This document shows positions 40,511-51,400 of a stretch of 64,000 nt of DNA, in pieces. The DNA lies in the NCBI GenBank assembly GCA_036172245.1, contig JAYWIR010000007.1, positions 4,092,001-4,156,000 on the forward strand. Direction: 5' to 3'. The DNA is from Raillietiella orientalis. Lineage: Eukaryota. Within the stretch, counting starts at the first letter, position 1. Each line of letters opens with the position of its first letter. The notes beneath the pieces are model-generated. The model did no database searches, was not told the DNA's origin, and worked only from the letters and a program-made list of their open reading frames with translations. The translations under genes were made by a program, and so were the position numbers.

Positions 40511-43500
40511 AACAGCCGATCCTGGAAATTTCAGTGGATTTCCCTCCTCTTCTCTCCTCCTTTCCTTCCAGTCTCCTCCTCATCATCATCATCAGCAGCA
40601 ACAGCACGCTTCTTCCTCCCTTTGTTCGTCCTCTTCTGGAACCCTGCCCCTCAACTTTTCGGTCGGTCATCAGGAAGTTCCACCCTCTTCCCGTTCCTCG
40701 AGTCCTTCGCAACGATTTCCTTCCTGCTCTCCGGGCAGCTGGCGAACAAGGATTTCCAGGCTTCAGCCCCCCTGGAGGGGTCTTTCGTGAGTCTCTCCTG
40801 AAGGAGCCTCAGCAGCCCCAGTCCTCTCCCCCTCGATCCCTCCGCTGCCGCGATCGCACCTCTCCATTACGCGTTGGAGGCCGTGTGGTTACGGTGGTCT
40901 CCGCGCGTGGCACCACCAAGCGTCGCGGGTTCGAATACTCCAAAATGAATCGGCGCAGTGCGTCGTGGATTCGAGTTCCTCCTGCAAGATGACGCTGGCT
41001 GGCTTCCATTCATCCGGGTGCGGCACTGGTAGCGGTTCAAACCGGATGCCCCTGGGACAAATGAGAGTCGACCTCCGGGGCCTTGCAGGAATCAAGGAGT
41101 TCTACTACGGTTGTGAAGGAGCGGAGCGGACTTTCCATCCCGGGGAGGACCCTCCGCGTCGGACTGATGGAGTAGGTGTCGCTACGACCTCTCCAGAGAG
41201 TGCAGAGAAGCGAGCCGATTCCTTCGGGGTAGCAGCGTCCTTCTGAATTTCGGAGTCGTCTCTTCTGGGTTCTCTTCAGAGGAGTAAACGGGAGAGGATC
41301 CCTTGCGGGGGATTCCTCCAGAGAAGAAATTCCAGGAGCAGATCCTTTCCGGGTTCCCTCCAGAGAAGAAAAAATGGAGCGAACCCCCGGGGTTCTCCAG
41401 AGAGAATAAGGGGATTCACCTTCGGAGACAACCAGGGTGGAGGTGATCTCCATTTCCGGGGATCCTTACCCAGGCGTGAGAGGAACGGACTCCGAGTCCT
41501 TCCTGGAATCATAGGGCGGACCCCTCCCGGAGTACCCCCTATCTTGAAGAATTACCCACCCTCAGGTGGCATGAAACCGTTAGAACAGGGGTACCAGGTC
41601 CTCTGCTGGAGCAGGGGAAGGGTCCCCCGTGGGGCTCTGGAAGCAAGCACTCGTCTCTGCCCTAGGCTCACTCTTCCCCGGGGTCATCCAGCGGAAGGGA
41701 GCGAGGGCCATCCCCTGAAACCTGAACCTCCTGCTTCCGGTAAGCACGGGGATAGGAACGCGCATCCTCCTCCTGGCCATCCGGGAGGAACCGGACCAAA
41801 GGCTTCCCCTGTTTCTCCGGACGTCCCTCTCCCATGCTTACATGCACGCGCTCCCCAGTGAACTCGTTCCAGAACCCTCTCCTCGAGATTCCTTTCACTT
41901 CGCCTAGGAAGAAGGGATGCAACCGAGCCCAACCCTTTCTTTGCTCCCCCTTCTCTTCCCTCTGTTTCCTCCCTTTTTTTTTTTTTATTGTGGACCTCGG
42001 ATGAAGTGCTTCTGGACCCCGTTGTCCATGCCCTTCGGTGTCGTCGGCGAGGGCGGAGCTGCGGCAGCAACTTCTGGCTAGCCGAGCGCAAGAGGGATGC
42101 GGGGTCCTCGGAGGCGACAGAAAAAGACAAGGCAGTCGATCGCCTCAGGAGGTCGAGGAGTTAAGGCGGAGGCGATCTGCTGCCCGGTCGGGGACGGTCG
42201 CTGGAAGAGACGCCGTCCTCCTTCCTGCCCTCGCTGCTGCCGCCGCTGTCGCCATCTTCCGGAGTCTGGCAGGAGTTCGGCCTCCATGCCTCTGAGGACG
42301 CCGGGTCGCTCGAGGTCATCGTGAGCAGCGACTCCGTGTCGGAGTCCGTCCGCGAGACTTTTCGGGGACCACGGCGCGGCAGCGGGATCGGCCAGCGGGG
42401 GTTGGGAACCGGAGAAAAACGGACGGGTCCTTACTGCTTCATCCCGACCGTTTCCTTCCCTTTTCCCATCTGGAAGAAGCGGACTGCGACCCCGCTAAGC
42501 AGTTTGTGTCGCCAACCCTCCCTTCTCCCTCCCGGGTAGGGGGAACGCGGAGGAAGGCCACAGTGTCTCGAGCGCGGCGCCGACATTCCTTCCTCTGCTC
42601 CTTCGTCCCGGCATTCGCTAGCGTGCTCGGCAGGAAGGAGAGGCTGCTGCGGAAGGAGGAGGAGGTGAGGTGATCGGGGGAGGGGAAGGGGGGTGCTGCT
42701 CGCCTCCCTTCTCCACCATCCGTCCCGCTCGCGGAGACGGAGGGACTGGTCAGGTACCAGCATCGGCGGAGGCAAGACAAGCACGGAGGGCGCTCTACAC
42801 GCGCCCGCACTTCTCTCCGCGTCGCGTGGGCGACAGTCTCCGCACCTTAACGACGGCGGCGATTTCTTCCACTTGGGCCCCACACAAGAGGCAGACGAAT
42901 TCTAACACGTGAGCTCTCCCTCAACGGCAACCGCCACCATCCTCCGCCTAGCAACCTCATCTCCGTTCCCTTGATTAGCCTTCCATTGTTCGCTTTCCGC
43001 AACCCCCGTTACCTCTCATCCTGCAACAGCCCATCTCACTTCCCAACGTACCTTTTGTGAAGTAACAGGGTGACCTCCCGAGGTACAATGAACTTTCTTC
43101 TGTTATTCCCGTTTTGTCTTGCCTCTCATTCTGCTCAATAATGCTGCCGCGTGAGTGTTTCCTCTACGGCAGACTCCGTGTGACTTGAAGCCGTCGGAGT
43201 TGTTCTCCCTTCTTATCCTCCACACCACTTTTGAGTGCACCCCATCGCTACTGCCTTTTGATCTCCTCCCCCCCCCCCTCCCCATCTCCCTCGCTCTCCC
43301 GTGTTTGGTGTGTGTGTGTGTGTGTTTCTGACAGTTTTTGACCCGTTTGAATTTTTACCTGCGTGAGGCAGTGCAAATTTGCTGCTTGACACCCCGTCTA
43401 AAAAGTATCTGCCAGCGCGTAAAGCAAAGCGTCTGGAGCAATAAGGCATCCACGGGTTGAGAACTTCACGTTATCCCGAAGGTTTCAATGATCTGATTCT

Positions 43501-45417
43501 TTCCTGCATCCCATTCCGCTCCTCGAATTTGAAGAATGATTCAGGTGAGAATTTTCTTTTGTTCATCCGCGATTCTGCATCGCTTCGAAACTTAAGGAGG
43601 AAATTCCCTGCGACGTGCAATTCAGATGGAGATTTCCACGAGATTTCTTGCGATGATTTCCCTCCGAGATCTCAACTGAGGGCATTGATTGCAGTAAATC
43701 AGATAAGCGAAGATGCAGCCGGTGCGAATGTGGGAAAGGGTTGGGATTCCTGCATGCGCGACAAGAATTTAATTTCCTTACGAGGCAGTCGGAGATCAAC
43801 AATCAGCTGGAAAACTTACGCACGCCAAAATGGCGGCGCAACCTTGCGAAAATTAAAGGAGAGAGAGAGAGAGAGAGAAGAAAAAACAAAACAAAACAAA
43901 GGAAGAAAGAAAAGAAAATGACAGGCTCGTATGCGAAGAAGCAGAAAAAGGATGCGTTCGGAAGCTTAGCAGAAGAATACCTCGAGAAGTAGACTTTTGA
44001 ACGAAAACAAACAAACAAACAAAAACATATAAGGACAATGGTAACTGCACGCCTGAGAACCGTGCGTTGTTGTGCCCCACCCCATTCTATGCCTTATTTC
44101 TCCCTTCGAAGAGGAAAATTCCATCTGAAGAACAATGGCGGGGATTCTAAATTGTTCCGATAAAGAAGCGGGGGGGGGAGGGGTCGAACTATTCTTTAAG
44201 AAATTGGGATTCGTAATGCAATTTAGAGTCTAGTCAGAAAAGGAAATTCGGAACACATCCTAAAGAATTCCACACAAGAGCAGTCAGCTGTTCGTTTCCT
44301 TGGCTGAGACAGCTTCACCGGAAAGAAGGAACACGGGTAATTTCTCCAGACGTTTAGGGGATGCGTAGAGGGCCGCGTGTCTGCATCGATGGCGGAGAAC
44401 TTGTCGGATCCCATACCCGAAGGCTGTGACTCACGCAGCAGGCAGAGACGCTGCACGAAGTCTCCCATTTTTCAGTTCAGAGATGAACTCTCCATCCCTG
44501 GCTGCCTTAAGCCACGCAGACGTTTCCAGAAATCTTTTGTTTTGTTTTTTGTGTGTGTGTGTTTTTCTTTTCTTTTCTTTTTTAGGGAGGGGGGAGGAGG
44601 AAAGGGAGACCAGAGGCAAAAGATTTATTCTCTAAGGAACCATCCATCACTTCTGATGGGGACCGGTCAGTGGTGGTGATCCGTTGAACGACAGTAACGA
44701 CACGCATGCATACTCATGCCTGTTCAACGGGGTACCCCGGAAACGGAACTGACGGTTTGGTCGTTTTGGGAGACGTCCCGTTTCCTAACGTGGAATTGCT
44801 TCTGCCTCAATGGAGAAGTCATGCGTTCTTGGCACCTCCCAGAACAAGGGGATGCATCAAGAGTCCTTCGGGACAGGAGGGGTGGGGGGTGGGGGCAAGG
44901 AAACTGCGCGTGCTCCACGAGGGGCACACACACTCCATTCGGACTCTGGTTCCTAGTCCTCGGTGGTAGTCCTCGAGCGACAGCAGGAGAGTGGGTAACA
45001 CGGCAGCAACCTTCCCGTCGGAGGCGGGGCGCAAGGGTTCCTCCCGGACGTAACCCTTGGATGCGGGCGGACCTCTGCACCTCAGGCGCGCGCGTTGCCT
45101 ACTCCAGAGCCGATAGCATTGCCTGACTCGACAGCCCACTTCTCTCCGAACTTCTGGTCTTTTTTTATCCGCTAGGGGGAGATCAGACGGAGAAGGCGGT
45201 GCCAGGTAGCTCGAGTGGCAGCAGCGGCGTCATGGGTTCCTCAGGAGGAAGCAGTGGACCCCTCCGATTGCTTGGTTAGCGGCGTGCACCGTGCCTCTCT
45301 TTCCCTTCTCTCCCTCTTCTCCGGATGCGCTCCATGCGATCCTCCTGCTTCCTTCTCAAGAGGAAAAGAACGACGGGGAGGAGCGGATGGTTCCTAATTC
45401 TGTGCCTCTGCTTCCAG

Positions 45418-48400
45418 CTATATCTGGTGACGGCGGTGCTCTGCGGAGCTGCCCACGCGACCCACACGAAGCTCAAGTACGTCTGGGGCGACGCTCTGGT
45501 TGACTTTCCTCCACCAATCGAACCGGAGTACCCCGTGTAAGTTCTGCCAGCCACTCGCCCCCGCCCTCTTTTCACCGTCTGCCTCCTTTTCCTTGACACC
45601 CGCCACCTCCGCTTCCCTCCTGTTCATAGGAGGCGTTCCGGAGAAGGGAGGGAAGGAAGGAAAGGCGTGCGCTCACTTTGCACGAGAGTGAAGGGTTGGC
45701 GACGTGAGAACCTCTCGAAAAAGGAGGAGGAGGTCTCCAGCTGCCCCCCGTCGCGGGTCGCTCTGGCTACGCAAGTTGCAGCCAGCGAGACGCGCACACC
45801 TTCCTGCGGGCACCGCCCAGCGCGCGCTTGCAAACGCGAATGCTCTCTCTCTCTCTCTCTCTCCCCCTACCCTTTCTTTCCTGCTTACGCAATAATGCTC
45901 GCCATGCACCAGCGTCGACGATTGTTGCGTGTCCGCCAGTGGCGTCGCCCCCCGCGTTCCGCTCCTGCGGCGAATCGGATTTGTCCGTCCGCGTTTGCAC
46001 GCAGGGCTGCTGCTGCGTCGTTTCGCCCTCCTGGCAGCGCGGACCGCGCCCGCCGGTCGCCCACCCCGCTCTGCCCTGCCTTTCGCCACTTGGGGGGGCT
46101 GCCGTCACGCGAACCGGAAGGAACGAAGCTTCCTCCTCCTTCCTCCCCCCCCCCCCCCGTTGAGCCGCGCGCATATCCTCAGCGTGACCCCGCCAGCAGC
46201 AAAGGTGGTCGCAGGTCGCTGCGGGGCTGCCTCCGGACATTCCACCCGTGGAGAGGTCCCGCCAAGAAGGGGGGGGGGGGTGGAGGGGAGGGGCTACTTG
46301 GACGGCCGGTTTTGCGCGCACGTTTCAAACGGGGGTCCTCGACGGCTCGGAGGACCGGAAGTCCGTCCCCCTCCACCTCAGACGCGCCTGCGGGAGCTCC
46401 ATCCCCCTGGACAAGTTGCCTCGGGGTTCCTTCGAGAGCGAGGGTTCCCCGCGCTTCAGGTTCGTTCCCCCCTAGTGGGGTTCGGGAACCCGCGGCCAGT
46501 CCGCCTCATCCGTTGGGCGTTCCCTGCCGACGGCCTGCAGGGCGCGATCTCGAAGGTCTCCCAAGGAGTTGTCCTCGGACCGGTGTCTCTTATCCCTGCT
46601 TCTTCCCCCCCCCTCTCCCGCCCTCCCTCCCTGGAGCGTTCGACGCACGCCGCCGGCGCGATCCGGCTGGGCAGCGAGCAGCAGGAAAGACCTTCGAGGA
46701 GGAGACTTGCTCGGATCCCTTCGAGGTTTCGACGTCCTGTCCGGCGCTGCTGCCATCTCTGATGTCGATTCCCCCCGCCCCCTTTGCGCTCCCTTTCTTC
46801 TGCCTCGTCCTTGGCTTCCCAGCTCCTCGGCAAGGCTGGAGTGCCATCCTGGCTCCATCGAAGGCAACATCTCTTTGCTTCGGTCTTTCCGGGTTGCCCC
46901 GAGTGCCCTGCGCGGAAGACCTCCGGCGCGACATCGTGTGGCTCAAGGTCATAGGAGCGTCGTCTCTTGTGCCGTGCCGTCGAGGCGGAGCCTCCCGCCC
47001 GACGCGTGCGAGGTGCCCTCCAGGGTCATGTCCGAGGGTGCGAGGAGCGATGGTGACCCTCCCACGTTCCGGCGAGGACCCGCCGATCGGAAGGAAGGAG
47101 GAGGAGGGGGAGAGAGAGAGGGAGGAAGGGGAGAGGAGCCTCGTTTTTGTGATTGTGTCGCCTGAGGTTTCGATGATGATGGCAGTGTTAACCCACCGCC
47201 ACCATCAATGCTACCGTGCCCTGCGAGAAAAAGAGCCGTCACGCTCGGCGAGACCTGGACGTCACGATCGAGAGGAGGGGGCGGCGTGCTGCACGTGACT
47301 ATGACCGGGTAGAGGGGGCACGGAGGGAGGGGGGAGGTGAGCTCACGCGACGGTCATATCAGAGAAATGATGAAGCTGCGGTGCTGCTGACTCGGGAGTA
47401 CACTCTCTCCTGCAGCCGGAGCCGAGAAGGGAGAGGAGGAGGAGGCGAGCTGTCCGGTTGCCTTGGTTTCCGGAACGGCCGGCCCCTCCAGCGCGCAACA
47501 ATTCCTGGGCATCCAGGCGAGGAGGTAGGAGTTGCCGTCTTTGCGCCGTCTCCGCAGCTGCGGAGAGACTCATCTTGTCGATCCCTTCGAAAACGTAGGG
47601 GGGTGCCGTTTCCCCTCCCTCTGTCGCGTCGGGGGAGGACCAGGGGCGCTCGATCTCGTCCGCCCCAAAGAGCTCTTCGACGGCAGAGTGGAAACGGCGG
47701 CTGTCGGGAGTGGTTCGGCTCGCGCGAGCGCCCGCCCGCTCCATCGGCAGAGAAACTCTCTCACTTCTGCTGCTGCGGTTTCCCCTTCCTCCTGTCGACG
47801 TCAGGGCTCGCCTCGGCGTTGAGGGAAAGCAGGGACGACCTCGTTTGCTTGCCATTGGATGGTTACCGGCTGCTGGACGTGCGCAGCGTCGTTTTTGTCT
47901 TCGGATTCCTGAAGAGGCATCCCCCGCCGCTGCTGGCGGCTCTCGAGCTGCCTCAGAGGGAATCGAGGGCTCTCCGGAGGGCTCTCTGTGGCCGGCACAG
48001 GGCCGACAAGCGCATGCGTGCGCAGTCGCCGCTGCGATAACCGTCGGCTGAGAGTTCTCTACGTCTACGGATGACCCTACGGACAAGGTCTCTGCAGCAA
48101 GTAGTGGCATCCAAGGGTCCACAACTTTGAGATCCGTCGCCTTCCCCTCTCCAGGCCCGAAGCCGTGCGTCCCGCGAGGTTGCCTCGGGGTTCCTTCGGG
48201 AGCGAGGGACCCGCGCTCTCCAGGAGGACTCCGGGCGCGTGAGTCCCGGTAGCCTCTCAGCAGCGCCCTTCCTTTCCGCTTCGCGAACCGGGGACTTCTC
48301 GGATGGCCTTGTTCCGGCACGAACGCGTCTGTGCGTGGAAGCCTAGGCTGATGGTGTTGAACAATGCAGTGGTGACCTCTGCGAGGTTGTCGTCACTGCC

Positions 48401-51400
48401 TCAGGGAGGCTGGCCCGTGAGTGTGCGCGCGTTTGTCGGACGGCAAGGGAACCAGGCGATGAGGACGCGACGCGCCACCGGTTCTCTTGCTCTGGGAGAC
48501 TCGAGAGGGATGCATGTCGCGTTGAAGAGGAGGGCAGGTGGAGGGGAAAGCTCTCGACCGAAAGCGAAAGTGCGGGCCGTGAAAATGGCGAGCGTTTCGG
48601 AAGGGCAGCCTCACGCCAAAGCAGCCCTCGGATCCAAGCGAGACGAAGACCCGGTCGCCGGGAGAGAGAGGAAAGCAAGGCGTGCACCTCCCCATAGTCA
48701 GTCCGGAGATGGGGAAGCCGCTGTAGCGAAGGAGGCAACCAGGTCCCGTTGGACGCTTCCGTGGCGGATGGGGTAAAACCCCGAGCCGGACTCGTGGAAA
48801 GAGGGAGGGTCGCAAGGAGATGGGAACCTGTGCGTTTCGTGTTCCTGAACCAGGTCTGCGGTGGGATTTCCCGCAGGCAAGGCAAACGAGTTGCAAGGGA
48901 CCCATCCGCTCAGCAAGGACCCCCGGACGAGGAGGAGGAAGCGGAAGTCACCTCGGCTCGCGTGCCGCAGAAAGGCAGAGCGAGAAACCAAAGGAAGAAA
49001 TCGGGATTCTCGGCAGCATAGCAGCAGCCCGGAGCTGCTGCTCTGATCCTTCGTTGGCCGGGACGGTCTCGGGAGAAGGAAGCTGCATTATTCGTCCGAG
49101 CCGCCACAGCATCAGTTGAGTCAGTGGACCGTGACTGTCCATCTGCGCGAGCTCCGGGCGGGTTCTCCAAAGGAATTTCGTCAGCGAATCGTCAGGAACG
49201 AAACAGACTCGCTTGTCGCGTTGAGGACGGGTTTCCCCGTCCGCCGCGGGAGCCAAAGTCTTTCAGCTGATCAGCACGGTTCTTGGGTGGCGTGCTGCCG
49301 GGATGACCAGGCGGCCTGTTCTCGACAGGCTGGTCTCAATGGCTCAGTCGTTTCCTAAGAGACAGGCTTTCCTTCCCGACAGGCCTCAATGGCTTCCCAA
49401 GAGACGCCTCGGATGCCTCCACGAATGCCTCCTTCGTTTCCAAGGTTTCAAGGAAACGAGCTAAAAGCCCTGCATTCTTATCCCCACCCACGTAGGAGAC
49501 TCAGCGGTCACCGGAAAGTCTCCGACTTGATTCAACCGGACCGAACAAAAAAAGCAAAAAAAAAGAATGGTGCTCTCGGTAGAAGAGAAACGTACAATTC
49601 GCCTACAGCTCGCATGGTCTGCCGAAGAACAGGGTTCCCAAAACGTCGGGAGGCTTCTCAAGAGGAAAAGGATCGGCCTCCCAAGTCTGCAAGAGAGCAA
49701 GCACAGGCTGAACTCGCAAGTTCGTCAGCTGACGGGAGGATATTCGAGCCGTCTCGTAACGACGAGAAACCCGCGAGGCGGAAGGAGGACGGTGAAAGCA
49801 GCACCATCTTCCTCACGTGAGACGAACTACGGAGACTGCGGAACTTCGTAGTCTCCGTGGTTTGGAGCGCTCGCCGCCACTGCCGATCGCGAGGGGCGCT
49901 GAGGTTCTGCGCGACCCCTGAGCCATCCCCGAGCGCTTCCCGATAGACTGCTTTGGGCACTGCGGCTCGCGGCTGAGTCCCTCTGTAGGAGAGGTTGTGC
50001 TCCTGGCGACTGGTTGGCGCCCTCTCTCGGTGACCGCTCTGTGTCCCATCTCAGGCGTGAACGTACCGAATGCTGCCGCCAGCCTGTGGATTTCGCTGTC
50101 GTTTCCCGAAAGCCCAAGAGCCGCGCGCATGGCTGGGGCCGCTTTCCCGGAAACCTGGGAAGGGACGCCTGGACTGCATCAACTTGGATGAGGATTTCTT
50201 GCGAGCGCGAGGACTGAGAGATTCCCCCTCCCCACAACGCGTACATGCGACTCGGCGCCACACAACGCAGGCGAAGCCGAGGACATCTCTTTCGGCTACG
50301 CCCTTGAGATGTGCGTGCTCACATCTGTCGTCCATCTTCCTCTCTCTTTGACAATCGGAAATCCCGGCCGTCGGTGATCGTGTTTTATCGACAATGTGGC
50401 CTTGCGCAGGTGACCGCCGGCTTTCCGGGCTTCTTCGAGTGGACGTCACGACCCGCCTCCAGCCTCGCAGCGCTTTCCGGTGAGCGCATGCGGGTCGTGC
50501 TCCGCCGTCGTCTGCTTCCCTGTTGCTCCTGAAATTCATCATCTCCTTCCTCTTTCTCCTCCTCTCCCTCCCTCCCTCCTTCCCTTGCGTATCTTCGCCT
50601 GCTGCGACCGGGAAGTCTCGCCTTCTGCCCTGCATCCTGCAGCCGTCTGCTGGGAGGGTTCGTCCTTCTGGGCGAGCCAGTGACCACCGTTCGCTCGCGT
50701 TTGTTCCCCGTCGAGACAAAATCGGCTGCCTACGCCGCCTCGCCTTCGTCCGATGCCATCTCCAGCTACCGAGAGGCATAACCCAGGAAGGAAAGGGTTC
50801 CCTTGGTGATGCAAACTCACGTGGCGCAATCCGCCGTCTTCTGCAAAATAACGAGGGCGTGAGCAGCCTTTCTCGTGACCACGCTCACGCACAAGCAACC
50901 TGTCGGACGCCCCTCGGCGGCTACCGTCGCTAAGGGCACCTCCAACGAGCTGAATAAGGGCACAACCTTCGACCCTTGACAGTTCCATGCGTCGCTTTTG
51001 AAGCCGCCCCGGTTCGCAAGAAAGGGGGAAGGGGAAGAGAAAGAAAAGGAGTGCGTGGAGAGCTTTCGGAAAGCTCCGACAGGTGACAGGTGCGCCGCTG
51101 TCACCTGTCGTCGCCTGATCAGCGGCCGTCACGGCTGCCTGCGTCCCCCGTCCGCGCATCTCTCGGAGTCCGGACACCGCGGCGCATCGTCCTTTGGCTG
51201 GATGGCTGACCAAGGTTCTATAAGAGCAGATGACTCCCTTTACCCGCCCAGACCACGCCCTCCCGCGCGAGCGATGGCCGCAGCCTCCTCTCCTTTGTCT
51301 CATTCTCCTCCCCCCCCCCTTCTCTTTTGTTACAGCCGCAGCATCGAGAAGATTGTCGACCTCTCAAGGAGGAGAGGCCGCGAGCTGAACAACTCGACGA

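Noticed and set aside
40878..40945. tRNA-like A-box/B-box spacing (TGGTTACGGTGG ... GGTTCGAATAC)
   Set aside because: Acceptor, anticodon and T stems cannot be paired; at best this is a decayed tRNA-derived SINE.
40305..47182. LTR retrotransposon reading of the 206-bp direct repeats
   Set aside because: There are no TG...CA termini, PBS, TSD or gag/pol remnants, and the interior contains a host exon.
45667..47298. 543-aa plus-strand ORF
   Set aside because: It is intronic to the Spaetzle-like gene, low complexity, and includes a CT microsatellite and the 206-bp repeat.
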